Of a DNA stretch of 64,000 nt, positions 51,781 through 64,000 are shown in pieces. The notes beneath the pieces were generated by a model that was given only the letters and a program-made list of their open reading frames with translations, had not been told where the DNA came from and did not search any database. Location: positions 3,038,001 through 3,102,000 of the forward strand of contig JAYWIR010000018.1 in NCBI GenBank assembly GCA_036172245.1. The letters run 5' to 3'. The translations under genes and the position numbers were made by a program. This stretch comes from Raillietiella orientalis. Lineage: Eukaryota. Position 1 is the first letter of the stretch. Each line of letters starts with the position of its first letter.

Positions 51781-53919
51781 TGATCGCCCGTCGCCTTCGT
51801 CCTTCCTCCTCCCCCCCATCCGTGCTGCCGTGGTCTTCGTGGCCGACAAAAGCGCGCTTCGAAGAGGCCGCTGACCGACGGCGAAGTCTGTAGAGCTGCC
51901 GGATGCCTGGAGCCCACGGTGCCGCTGGCCACTGGCGGCGCATCCTCGGCCCGAGGGAAGACGGCGATTCCTCTTCCGCCATCCTCCCTGCGGTCTCTTC
52001 CAGTGGCACGTGAGCGCTCACATCCCCGCAGGCGCTCCTGCCTTTCGGAAAGGTCTCTTCGTCCTCGTTTCCGGGAAGCCGGCTCTCCCCGGGAGCTAGC
52101 AAGGGGGCGCGAAGAGACGGGGGGGAGGGCAACGCTTCACGCTCTGTGCGCGACCTGCGCGCTCGTGCGCGTGCCCCGCTGCTGGCAGTCACGGCGGACG
52201 GATCCGCGCGCGCACGAGCGAGATGAGGTGCCGCCCGCGCGCCCGCGCGTGAGCCCTCTCGCTGGTGTCACGCCCCACGCCCCGGCCCAGAGCGGACGCC
52301 GTCGGCACTCATTCCGGTGTCGACACAGCCACCTACCTTTCCCCTTCCCGACCCCCTTTCTCAAGGAGAGGCCGCTCGTGCTGGTGGCAGGCCAAACGAC
52401 CTGGGGCTCCCTTCAGCCTCGCTCTGCCCCTCCCACGCCTTTCAGCTCGGGGATCGCCTCTCCCCACGCGCGATCTCCCTGCCGCCGCCCGGAGCCGCTC
52501 CTCGCCGGCGGCGCTCCCGGAAGGGAGGAGCCGCGCCTGCCTCGCCGTCTGCTGCAAAGGGTGCGGGAGGGCTGACGACTTCCCTGCGGATGAGTGAGCG
52601 AAACGGCGCGTTCCCCCTTCTCCTTCCTCCCTCCCTTCTCCCACCCCTTTCTCCTCTCTCCCACACCCGTCCTTGCCCTTGCCGCGCGAGAGTTCTCCCC
52701 GGAAGAGGTCCCCGGCCACTCTCTTCGTCTCCTCCTCCTCCTCCTTTCTTCCCTCTTTGCCGCTTCCTAATCAAAACATCACGGTGTTTCCAGGAGTCCT
52801 TCCCCGGGGGCACGCGCCGGATTCCACTCACGCTCGCCCGTAATGGAACCGGCGCTGTCAGCATGTAATTTGCTGCCGCTGCCGCTGGACCCTTCGGATG
52901 CTCCGCGGATGCATCGCCGCGAAAGCCAGGTGACCAGCGGGGAGACGCGCGCATGCATCATCCCGAAATTGCAGGTCGGGCCTGCCGCTCCTCGGTGATT
53001 GAGGATCCCGGCCGCTGTCATTTATGGAGCTTCGCGCGTGGCCGACTTAGTGTCTTCCCACCGCCGCTGCCGGGGGTTCGGACGGGACAGTGGATAGATC
53101 GCCGCGTTTCCCTCCCTCCCCCCTCCCCCGGACTGGCGCCTCCGGGAAAAGCCACCTCTGGCGGGTTGCCGACGGGGCGTTTCGTTTGAAGGCGCCGCGC
53201 CGCTTCCGTTCGGGTTCGGCCGCCGCCAGGGTTTCAGGGACGTCAGCGATATTTCCCGTGGGAGGCCGTTCGGTGATTCCGACGGCCGGCCGACACGAGG
53301 ATCTCGCGCGGGAGAGGAGGAGGGTGCGCGGCTCTCCCGCTCCGTTCCAGGCCGAACCCACTACCTTTGGGCCGACGAGGGGCTCGGCGCGACCTCTCTG
53401 TCCGTCGTCTCCCTCACCGAAGGCGGTGGCGGCAGCAACGGTGCTCCTGGAAGCAGTTTCCGAGCATCTGGAAAAGAGGAAGATGGCGAAACTCGAGAGG
53501 AACGGTGGATGACTAAGCGAGCAGCAGCTGCTGCATCTTTGCCGCCTCGTCCTCTCTCCGGGAATCTCCCGTCTGCTGCGGAGAGGCCTCAGGAAGCTCC
53601 GCTGACGATGGAACATCTGGGAAGCGGAGAGGCTCGGGACCGCAATCTGCTCGTACTCCTCTCCAGAGAGCAAGGCGAGGAAGAGTCCCTCCCGCAGGTC
53701 AGCCGCGCTTTCCCCGGAGGATCAGCTTGCCTTTTCCCGCTCCCCCTCACTCCCTTTCACTGCAAGAGCGGACGCGGCACGCTCTCCGGAGAGGATCGTG
53801 ACGACGCGGTTGCAAGAGACCCGCCGTGCACATCATCACAGGGCTTACTGGGTCCTCTCTTTCCTCCGAAGATGAACCGCATCTCGAGAGAGCGAGGGAG
53901 GGGAACGGAAAAATTCCAC

Positions 53920-54140
53920 TCTTCCGTTATCTCTCCCTTCCGCTGCCTTTTCCTATTCCCTTCCCTCCATTCTTCCTCTTCCCTTCCTTCTTCCTCCTCC
54001 TGCTCTTTCCCCTCACCTCCTCCTCCTCCCTCTCGTCTCTTCCTTTCCTTCTCACCACCACCACCATTATCATCCATCACTCATCCTCCTCCTTTTCTCC
54101 CTTCCTCTTCCTGCATTCCTCTCCCTCGTCCTCCTCCTTC
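53920..54140 (+). repeat. Degenerate TC-rich (CCT) polypyrimidine tract
   Basis: cctcctcctcctccctc, cttccttcttcctcctcc. Confidence 0.8.
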
Positions 54141-54603
54141 GTCTGTAATACAGAGCTCCACTGACAGCTACGCCAAAATCCGGGTAACGGGAACATATTT
54201 GGACGCCTGCGCTTGCCCTTGATCCCCATCGAAGGGAGAGGCAACGCCCCCAGACTACGGGGCATGGGACGGGGACAGAAAGCGGATGGAGCCACTTGCT
54301 GCTGGCGCTCGTGGGAGTGGTCTGCTCATGCGCGGGGTGATGGATGAAGCGTTGGCGTGTTGGGGTGACCCTTTGGACCCACCGCTCTCGTCAGTGGGAT
54401 GACGGACAGTTATCCGACCTACTGCTCCTTGCCTTTCCCACCTTGAGAACCTTTGGTGGGCAAGAGGAGGAGACACGTGTCAGATGCCGAGGCGCCCATC
54501 TACGAGAAATTTCAGCATTGCTTTGCCAGTCGGATGGCCCGCCCGTGACGGAGGGCGAGGGAAGGGGCGCTCTGCTTTGCTTCGTGGACGACGTCATCAC
54601 CAC

Positions 54604-54772
54604 TTCATTAGCATCACAAAGCGTGCTCCTGAGCCGTTTCCAAGGGAACGCGAGGAATCCGCGGCATTCCGCGGGGGTCGCCTGCGTGCGTGTGCACGGA
54701 CATCTGCGCGCGAGGGTGCTCAAGCTCCTTCGTGCTTTACGAGCGTGCGCCTCATCCGGAGGCTGCGCACAG
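54604..54772 (+). other. Candidate non-coding first exon / alternative promoter
   Basis: CRE-like GACGTCA (~54590), Inr-like TTCATT (54604), perfect donor CAG|GTAAGT at 54773. Confidence 0.3.
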
Positions 54773-57700
54773 GTAAGTTCCGCGGCGTCGATGCTTAGCC
54801 TCAGGGAGCGCTGGAGCGCGCGCGGAGCATCGTGGGAGAGCGCAGGTCTCCCAGCGCTCCCTCCTGAGCGGAGACGGGGCTCCGAGACCGAGTGACCCCG
54901 CGTGTTGTTTCAAGGTGAACCTTCCGGGCCTCCCCGGTCCCGGATCCAGCCCTGGCGGGCGCGGAAAGAACGAGGGCGGCGTCGGGACACGGAACTTTCG
55001 TTTCCATCCTCGCTCTGTTTATCTTTTGGGGATAGTCGCGCGCAGCCGCGTTGGGCGGGCCCGCGCAGCCTCCGCCGCCGCCGCGGGCCGAGTCTCTGGA
55101 GCGGGACAGCTCGCCCACTGACTCCGCGCGCCCTCTTTGGGTGCGCCGGAGTCAAACAACGACCGTTTGCTCTGCGGCAGCCCGGAGGGGGCTTTGCGTG
55201 GAAACGATCGCGCGCTCCCTGGCAGTGCAAACAGCCGGCGGGGGAGAAGTATTAGAATTGTTCTGGCGTCGCTCCTCTTCCGGACCGTGGGCTGCGGGAT
55301 TTGCGCCGCGGCCGCCGAGTCTTCATCCGAGGCGCGCGCGGCGCAGCGTCCGCATCGCTCCGCGAAACCGAACACCGGGATCTCGACCGCGGCGCAGCGG
55401 GTCACTCCGGACGCGCTCGGGAGCGCGTCCTGGGTTTCTCAGGGAGACGGCGGCGAGCGGACTCTCGCCGCCGGACAGGCGCGCCTGGAGGGCGAGAGCG
55501 CCAACGCACGGGACGTGTCCGCGGCCTCCGACCGTCCTGTGGCTGTAGGGAACAAGAGTGAGAGACAAGAACGCAGCCACTGTTTCGTGCTGTTTCTTGC
55601 GCGGTGCGGATCGCATCCTCACAGGCTCATTCGCTTCTCTCTTTTCTCCCGGGGATGGACCATGTCTCCGGAGAGAGGGGTAGAAAGATGCCCTTCTTCC
55701 CTTCTCATGGCATGGCCCTTGTGTGCCTCGGCCACCACCAGCTGATGCGAGGTGCCTAAACCTCTTTGCTTGAGAACCTCTGTGAAGCTGCAAGGACAAG
55801 ATGCAGGACTGCTGTTGCAGGATAGCGCGAACACACGGACCGACGACGTCCGATCGGCGCGGGAGCGGAAGAAACCGGTCCAGATTCCAAGGAGTCCCCG
55901 GCGGGGAGAACGGGCTCCCACGCGGAAATGGAAGCGGTGTCTTGTCGGGGTCCTTGTTGAACGGCTTCAAGCGCGGGCGGCCGCCGAGGTCCCTGGGACG
56001 AGAGGTTTCCCGGAAACCGAGACTGGCCTCCCAAGGGGGCGCTTCGGAGACTTCTGGAGGAATCCTCGCAGACGTCCGAAACAAGCGGAGCCTGCCGCAG
56101 AATTCCTCGTTACCTTCTCAGCCGCTCCGGACACGGTGGCCTCCCAGACCTCAGAGCCGATTTCGGGGCACAACCACACCCGCGCGATTCCCCCGAGGGA
56201 TCTTTGCTAAATTTCGCGTGACACAGAGATGGAAGGGACGAGGGAAACGCCGGCAGCGGAAGCGCACGGTGCTTGCGGGACTTGGGGAGGAAGAAGGATG
56301 AACCTTGGACACCGGACGCGTGCGCGAGCAAGGGACCCCGATGCCACCTACAGCAGAAGAGGAACGTCGTACGGCGGGTTCCGGAGACCCGGTCCCCAAG
56401 AAGCCGACCGTCGCGGGTGCTGCTGCTGCTGCTACCGGATCCCGCAGGATGACGAGGAGCACCCAGGGACGCGCAAGGAAAACGTGAGCGATGGACGAAT
56501 GTTGAAAAGGGAAGCCGATGTTTCGTCCTGCATTGAGGCGCAGCGACCTTTCGCCTTCGTCGCCTCCGGACCCCTCGAAACGGACACCGAGGCCAAAAGT
56601 CGCCCTTCCTTCCTCTCGTAGCGTGTGTGAAGGAGGAAGGGCAGCGGAAGGTATCGAATGGCACTGGCGCAGGGGAGAAGTCTCCAGAGGTGGCTGCTAC
56701 GGGCATGAGTATGCGGCGTTCCGACGGGATGTCGACGACGATGCAGCTGCAAACGAGACGGTCGCCCTCCACGTGGCCCTTGGACCAGGGCTGGCTGGGT
56801 CCTCTCATCTCGAGTGAAAAGCCAGACCGCCGCACTCGGCGCGATTCACGGCGCATCCAGGAGCTCCGCGAACTGGGGGAGGACGATTCACCTTTTGCTC
56901 ATCCCCCGGGGTGTCTAGTTACCGGTCCGGAAGGATGGCCTCCCGGCGGCGCGCGGTCTTTCCGGACCGCTTGTCTGCTGCTCCGGGTCAGCGCGTCGAT
57001 GGGGTTCGCGGTGGCGCCGGCCGCGACGACGGGGAAAAACCCTCACAGGAACTTCGCGCTTGCGAAAGCCACGCGGAGCAGTCGCGGGCAGAGGGGGAGT
57101 CGATGACGAGTCGAGCAACGTTCACCTTTCTACCGCCCTCTTCATCTCGAACGGGATGCCTGCGCCCTTTGGCTGCAGAGTTCCGGAGCGCACTGGAGCA
57201 CCTTTCCTCCCTCCCCCCCTTTTTTTCTTTTTCCTGAAAGTGGATGGGGGGTCAGGCGGAAGTGGAGTTCTCTGGGGAAAACATACGTGCATTACCATGC
57301 GATTCCCCGCGGCATCCCCGTCCTCAGAAGCGCAGGAGCTCGGAGATGAGCACCCACTGCTCTTCCTCCGAGGATCCTCCACAGGTCGGGCGTCCCCAAA
57401 AGAGGAAAGAGTCGGGGAGCGCACGAGCTGTTCCAGAATCGGCGCTTTGCATTCCTCGGTGACCCCGGGATGGCTGCCTGGGCTCTCGTTGGCAGCGCGG
57501 GGCGGCGGAAGCCGAGCACGCGCACTCGTGTGACTCGTGGCAGCATCACGAGGCTTCTTCGCAGCATCCAGGCTTCGTGTCCAAGAACTGCGTACGTGCC
57601 TGAGTGCGCCTCCCTTTTTTTTTTTTTTTTTTTTACGAGATCGCATACTTTCCTTCCTTTGAGCGCAGAGTCATCAGGACGATTTGGAGGAATGGTTCCG

Positions 57701-58299
57701 GGGAGAGGGGAGGAGGAAACACTCCTTTTTCTTCTTCGGTGTGTGGAACAGGCGTTTTCGGTTATGCAAGAGGTCCCCTTCTCTTCCACCTGGTTCCGGA
57801 GAGATGAGAGAGACACGCGCCTGCGCAGGAGCGCAAAAAGGGGTGAGAAGTGCTGGCTCGCTTTTACTGCTTGCCCTGATTTTCTTTTTGTTTTCCTCTC
57901 TTTCGCTCCGTCGTCTCTCATCTTTCCATCCGAGGTGGCGCGCGCGGTTCACCCGCGTACCATTCAAGCTGAGGTGTGGCTTGAAGCCGTTGTCGAAGCG
58001 CTGCCGCAGCACGTCGCGTTGTTCCGAACCGTCGGCTGGGGTAGGTGTCAGGCGGAAGCCTCCACTGCGTGCACGCACTGCTCGTTTCCTTCCCTCGCTT
58101 CAGCATCCGCGCTCCTCCCTACTCCGGCTTCCTCGTGAGGCACACCGCACTCTCCAGGGTGACCCCTCAGCCTCTACAGGAAAGCGGGGGAAAGCGGAAA
58201 CCACGAACCTTCGGGATGTGAACACCCCTCCTGCAGGATACGAATGCCTTCTGTTCGCCTCCTGAGCAAGCGAGCGCGTACTCGGGCGGGAAGGAGTGC

Positions 58300-58790
58300 A
58301 ACTCTCTTACCCAGCATGCCGCAAGCGCGACCGAGCCTTCGCACTTCCCAGTGGGCCGCTCTGCGTATCTCCTAAGCGTCGCCTGCGCACCTTTCTTACG
58401 GTGGCTCCTCCTTGTCTGCCAAGTGCCTCCTACGTTTCATCTTGTGTGCCATTTGCATGGCTCTTCCGTGCCTCCTGTGTCCCCTGCGTCCTCCTGTGTC
58501 CTAGGCGTCATCTACGGGACACCGATGTGTGCTCACGTGCCTTCTGCAGACCCCCTGCATTCATCCTACGCACCTTTTGACGTGAATTTCAAGTACCAAC
58601 TGCGTGTCGCCTACGTGCCAGCTGCCTGTCTTCTAAGCGCCACTCGCATGCCTGCTGCACGCCTAATACGAACCTACGCCTTAGTTTTTGCATGCCTCTT
58701 ACGTGCCAGCTGCGTGCCTCCTGCATACCCCCAATGTGCCACCTGCGTGTACCCTGCATTCCATGCATGTGACCGTGCTTCCTCCTGTGT
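58300..58790 (+). repeat. Degenerate ~11-bp minisatellite (consensus ~GCGTGCCTCCT)
   Basis: Units such as acgtgccagct gcgtgcctcct; aagtgcctcct; acgtgccttct; gcatgcctgct; gcatgcctctt. Confidence 0.75.
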
Positions 58791-60149
58791 TTTCTTTCTC
58801 GTACCTTGGATCCCCCGAGAGCGGACGGAGAGCCGGAGCGCGTAGGAAACTAACGCCGCGCGCATGAGCAGGGACTAAGGGTGAGGCTGGATGCGAGTAC
58901 CCCACGTTTGCTGAGGAAGCAGAGAGCTAGGGAACGACGGGCTTCTTGGAACGGGAAATGCGCCGAGCACGTCCACTGACGGCGCCCACTCCAGCGATTT
59001 TTTTTGCTTCTTCCCTTCGAAGGGCTCGCGTCCCGAGCACCGCGGTGCTGTGCACCTCGCAGGGGAGGAAGCGGGCGATTTCCGAAGGGGATCGCAGACG
59101 ATGATGCGCGGACCCTCTTGAAGAGCTCTCCAAGGTTTCATGGTGCAGCCTCTCAATCCCTCCTCGTCTTTCATTCTCCCCCCCCCCCCCTTATTTGGTC
59201 TTCGAGCAGAGGATAGCGGGGAGGGGGGGAGGAGGAATACACCGCGCTCGCGTAAGCGCGCGCAGATAAGTCTTGTCGCACGAACACAGATACCGCGCTT
59301 TCGGAGCAGTCGGCGCGAAGGTACCAAAACGCAGCAAGTTGGTCCCGCATTGGAGTTTCTCTCCGTCTTTCCTTCCTCGTCTCCTCCCCGCGCCCCTTCC
59401 AGACCTATCGATGACTGCAGCGCGCGCCTTGAGGACCGGAAGGGAAGGAACGCTCTCTAGTAGGCGCAAGGTGGCCACAAGGAGGAGGAGAAGCGACCCG
59501 CTGGAGGAGTTCCTGCTCGAGAAGGGAGAGAGTAGGAGGGGAGCGAGCGAATATCCTCCGCGGCACTTTAGAAAAAAGAAACCGACCAAGAACACCACGA
59601 CCACCCCAGTTTTCGGGCGTCCTGGGAGCCAACCTGCTAGAACGGTTTGGCCACCACTCCCCGCCGCCCTTTCCGGCGGCGCGGGAGACATCTGATGACC
59701 TCTCCCTCTTCGCGCGTCGCCGACAGGACGTCTCGGCTTCAAGGGGCAGAGGGAGCCGCCGACTCGAAAAAGAGGGTGTGCGACTTTCCATGCCACCATC
59801 TGGAAACGCGGGAGCCCGCGGCGGCGATAGCAGCCACCGAGAGCCACCCACCTCGCGCAGATGCCGGTGGAGGGGGACCGTGGTGCTGCCATTGCCTGCA
59901 AGAACTTCCAGCCCGTCGGAAACGCGCGACCTTTTGAAAGCGTCGCTCTCTTTGAGCCCTCTTACGGAAAACGCGGTGCTACCTAAGTGTGCGAGACCGC
60001 AGCATCGTCCACCGGTGTGCCCACTGAATCCGGCGTGCCGTACCAACTCCCGTCGAGTGGGTAGGGGGCAGGTTCCGAACCGACCCGCTGCCGGGCGATG
60101 GGCACCCTGACCGTTTGCCGAGGTCCTTAACGAGCGGTTTGCTCAGTGG

Positions 60150-60420
60150 CATTGCTACGTGCGTGCCGCCCTGTGCGCGACGGAAGGGCACGTGTGGGAG
60201 CGACGGCCTTCTGCTTGCCTCCCGCTCGAACGCTGCGTGACCCCTAATGGTCTGCCTTGACTCCCCGCTCCACCCCTACTTGCCTTCTGCACAACTCTTA
60301 CGTTTTCCTTGACTGCCTCCTGAGTGCTCCGATTACGCGCCTGACCCCGGGGAGCCTTCTTCGTGCCTTTTGCGTGCTTCTTCGGTGTCTCCTGCGCGCC
60401 AGCGTGCATGCCTGAGGGAT
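60150..60420 (+). repeat. Second degenerate block of the ~11-bp minisatellite
   Basis: gcttgcctccc, acttgccttct, actgcctcct, tcgtgcctttt gcgtgcttctt. Confidence 0.6.
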
Positions 60421-61449
60421 GCGTCAGCACTTCTCACTGGGGGGCGCTGCCCGCAACACGGCACTGTGGGCGCGGTGGCGCGACTCCCACTGTGGCGGGC
60501 TCTCCTTCTTTCCCGCGTGGGTTCAGGGCAGCTCTCTTCTGTTTGCCCTCGAGGTTCTGGTTTCCGCGATCATCCCCTTGCTCTCTGCGCCGAGACACCG
60601 CTCCGCGCAGGAGCTTTCGTCCCTCCGTGCGTGGAAGACGAGCTCTCCCTGGATTATGGATTGATCGGTTCCGTTTCCTCTGCTTCCTTCGTTGCCTTGG
60701 AAACTCAGTGATCTCCGGCGATACCGAACGAATTTTCAGCCGGTCTCTGCGATTCGAGGCGACCCCTGCCTTTGCGAAGGCTACGGGCGCAGGAGACGAA
60801 GGGAGGATTGACGTTGCGTCATCCAGAGAGTCCTCGATAGGGAGAACGCCGGCTACCCAAGGCTTCGCCCTCCCCCTTCCTCTCTCTCTCCTCATCCCTC
60901 CTTGAGGCAAAGAAGCTAGTGCTCAGCGCGAAAAGAGAAGAAAAGAAGGAAAGAGGGGATCGAGGTTTCGAGACAAAGATGGCTGCCGTTCGGCCGCCTC
61001 CCTCCCCCGATTCTGCTGACGAGAGACCCAGGTGGAAGCCGGCGTTCTCGAATTCCTTTCTCGACCTACCCCCTCCTTTGCTACAGCTGGCTCATGTCGA
61101 CTTCCTCCAGCGAGGGTGCCGCTTTGCCAAAAGACGGTGCGCAAAGGCAGAGGAGGAGGAGGAGGTGGTGGAAATGCCTCGTCGGGTGGCTCGTCATTCC
61201 GGCCATCCCGGCTCGAGGTCATCTTTTTCTTTACGGCCCCTGCGCTGCTCTACTGTACTTCCCGGAAGCTTTGGCCCCTTATCCCCCGCCCTCCCGTGCG
61301 GGGCAGGCTGCAGAGTTCCTGTAGTTCGACTCCTTTTCCCCTGCTGGGACCAAGCGATGTGGAGGGTCATCGCGAGCCCGGCGGTAGAGGAAGCGTCAGC
61401 TCCTGAAGGGGGTGGCTTGGAGGGGTAATCACTGGGGCGGCAGTGCCGC

Positions 61450-63300
61450 CCAGTGATTTAACGCTGCTGGTGCTGCCGATCCCCTGACGACCCCACACTC
61501 TCTTGCCAGACAGCCGAAATCCAGGCGACCCTTTCAGAGTGGGAAAGCATCGTACGTGACTGCTTCTGCCCCCGTGGGCACCGTAGGTTCCTGTAGACTT
61601 TGGTGATCCGAAGCAGATTAGCATGGAGAAAGCAGGAGGGCGATAAAAGAGAGACGGCATATTCCCCATGCCCTTCCGCAAACATCGTCCTTTTTTCATT
61701 CCTTCATGCGACCCGGGAGGGGAAGGGAAGCTGCACCATCTCCGCATTTCCCTTGCTTTCCCGGTGATGATTATGCTGCCCCTCCTAGGAAGACCCTAGT
61801 ATGGTCCTCTTCGTTGAAGAAAGTACTGAGACCCTCGAGTTCCTTTCGGTCCACGGCCACGCCAGCGCTCTGACTCGTCTTTCTTGTGAGCTTAGGGTTG
61901 CACCGTTGTCCGGCGAGCAAAGAATCGCTAGCAGGAAGACCGTGATGTGAAACAAAAAAGCCCAAGGACTTTCCTTCCCTTCCTCCCGCCCTTCTCCATC
62001 TGTTCTCATCCAGACCTTTTTGTGGAATCATCCACCCAGCTTAAGGGACCGCAAATGTGAAATAGTCTGCTTTTGAAGCAGTCACGCTGGGTCCAGGTGA
62101 CTTGGAGTAACCTCGATTTCCACGCTCCGCCCCGCCAAATCATTTTTCTGGTGCGGGAGAGCCGGGCCTTTCTTAACTCCCGCTTTCTAGCCCGAAGAAC
62201 GAGGGTGTCCTGCACCTGAAACCGTTCGCCATCGCTCCGGAGACACCTGACAATGAGGGCTCAGGAGAAGAGTGGGAGGAAGGAACGGAGAGACGGTCTT
62301 ACTTCAGTTCCGAGCCTCTTCACTCTCGTGACCTCTTTTCTTCCTTGGGGGAAAGCTCCCAATTTACCCACCCGCCTGATGGGAGCATCGGAAGATCTCA
62401 TACAAATTAGTTTCTGTGCTCTCAGAGGATTGCTGACTGTTCCTGGCGCATTTGTCACCGCCATCTTTGTTGCAGAAGTGTACTGCTGCGGACGCTTTTC
62501 TTCCCCTTCCTCTCCTCCTCCCCTCGGTTCCATCGCCACTCTGGAGATGCTGCGAATTCTCTTTTTTTTTCCTTTTTGTTTTAGCTGTTTTGCGAATTCT
62601 CTTGCATTATTTCGTCACGTCCTAAGCAACGCGACGGTCCAGCACATCGTGGGTGCATCTCATTGTTTCGACGCCGCCCCAGCAACACGAGAACCCGGCG
62701 CATCGAGCTTGAGTTGCATTGTTTCGTCACCATCCTGGCAACGCCATAGTCGCCTCACAATACTACTCTTTAACATCGCTCCGCGACGAGAACTCGTGAG
62801 CTCAGCCGGGCTCTGTTCAACGGCTTGCATCAGCTGGTTCTGATCTACGCCCTCCCCCTCTGAGCTCGGTTGCCCCTCATCGCGAGCGTCACGTGTCTTC
62901 TGCAAGCTTCGCTCTTATCTGCCGCCGAGATTCCCTTATCGCAGCTCCCGTTCCACACAGATCACGTGACCTAGTCACGATCGCCTTCTCTTCTCCAGTG
63001 GCGGTGATTCCCCCTTTTGCGTTTCCTCCTACTTTACGACCGTTCCCCTTGCCAGAGGCGTCTGGAGGGTCCCACATCCGCACCATGCTGCACACCCTGT
63101 GGCCCATGGAGGCACTTTTTCGAGCGAGACTCCGCTCCGAGCGCCTTCAGCAGCCCTCAGCATCTCCGCAGAGAAGAAGGTGCGGTTCCTGGCACGCCCC
63201 GTACGTATCGCGCCCTCGAATTCCCCTCTGGACTCAGTCGCGCACCACCTGGGCCACACCATCCCCTGGAGTAAACGTTACAGTGGTGCGTATTGGTCGT
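61450..63300 (-). mobile_element. Decayed, internally deleted RTE LINE (endonuclease, RT, thumb), GC-rich
   Basis: Collinear on the minus strand: GNGRKV...ITATGEEK (N.NG..L...I.NT.F.K), DT*RSR*GA (DVR..RGA), CNKDG, SRLLQVTWTQRDCFKSRLFHI (F.V..GVRQGC.LSP.LFNI), VSHHGLPASDSLLA (HL.FADD..L), VAVDRKELEGLSTF (IDG..LE.V..F), LFYRPPAFSMLICFG...HVRCF. Confidence 0.6.
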
Positions 63301-64000
63301 TTCCCGGGGAAAGGTTACGAGAACTGCCATGAGACTGCCGTGCGAGACTGCGGGCGGCGGCCACGAAGCTCGTCCGCTTTCTTCAACGGACGGCACCTGA
63401 GTTGCGCGCCACTGTCTTGCGGAGTCGCCATCCTACGACCCCCGCTCGGGAGCGTACGGCCCGTGCTCATGGGGTCTTCCCTGCTCGCCCTGAGATCCGA
63501 CGCGCACCACCTCTGGAGGGGGCCGCACTCCTGGGAGGGAGAATGTGTAAAAGGAAGGTTCGGGAGCTCTTTCGGGCGAAGGCGAAGGAACGCCGTGCCG
63601 CTCCGGAACGAAGGAGGGCGCAAGGATCTGCTGCCCAGCTCCCTGCCCGCCCTCTCAACCGCCGGAGGGTAGACGCTGTCCTGCTTGCTCCGCTCACAGC
63701 TGCACGAGGAATGCTGTCCTAGTCTGGCGGTCCCCTCGGTTCTCCTGCTTTCGTTCTCCAGCCGAGGGAAGCTGGCAAGATGGACGGGCAGAGCGCGGCG
63801 GATGGGCGATGGAAAAGGGGAGAGACGCGAGGAAGGAAGGCAGTCGCTCTTAGGCAATGCAAGAGCGGGTTCGAAGTGCATTTCAGGGAAAGGAAGGGGG
63901 TGGGCAACGTGCCCTGATCCGGGGAGGGCGAGAAAGGCTGCTTCTCCGACCGCCGGGAGACTGCTGAAGATGTGACCGATCGGCCCATTTCCGAACCTCC

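Noticed and set aside
45882..56856. Many 200-380 aa ORFs (e.g. 45882-47018, 48699-49601, 49724-50863, 49870-50874, 50938-51783, 55323-56084)
   Set aside because: They overlap on both strands, are R/P/G/S-rich or low-complexity, and are expected from stop-codon scarcity at high GC and from simple repeats.
58300..58790. CRISPR-like periodicity
   Set aside because: Short degenerate tandem units without conserved repeats or unique spacers, no cas genes, eukaryotic context.
21400..64000. GC-rich block as an integrated giant virus, Polinton or bacterial contaminant
   Set aside because: No long coding ORFs, viral hallmark genes or operon density. It contains spliceosomal donors, LINE fossils and microsatellites like ordinary animal DNA.

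Overview
Eukaryotic, intron-containing genomic DNA. The Rab3 protein sequence suggests an arthropod or other invertebrate (inference). The only confidently identified gene is Rab3 on the minus strand: three coding exons at 835-1647, with the last exon probably outside the window on the left. One strong orphan coding exon (50492-50712, +, coiled coil, GTAAGC donor) and two weaker candidate first exons suggest a large unidentified plus-strand gene. Most of the rest is a graveyard of heavily decayed non-LTR retrotransposons (RTE, CR1/L2/Jockey, I-like), recognisable only as eroded RT/endonuclease motifs in the right order. It also holds two Penelope-like fossils (one with ~250-bp direct repeats and a possible decayed hammerhead), a hAT/Charlie-type MITE with TIRs and TSD, and degenerate simple repeats. 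The main large-scale feature is a compositional switch near 21.4 kb from AT-rich (roughly 35-42% GC by eye) to GC- and CpG-rich DNA (roughly 55-70% by eye). The same kinds of LINE fossil occur on both sides but appear to have decayed toward opposite compositions. Most ORFs in the supplied track are spurious products of high GC. I found no CRISPR array, RNA gene, prophage or endogenous virus, and no demonstrable novel system. TE calls rest on by-eye motif matching and their boundaries are approximate.
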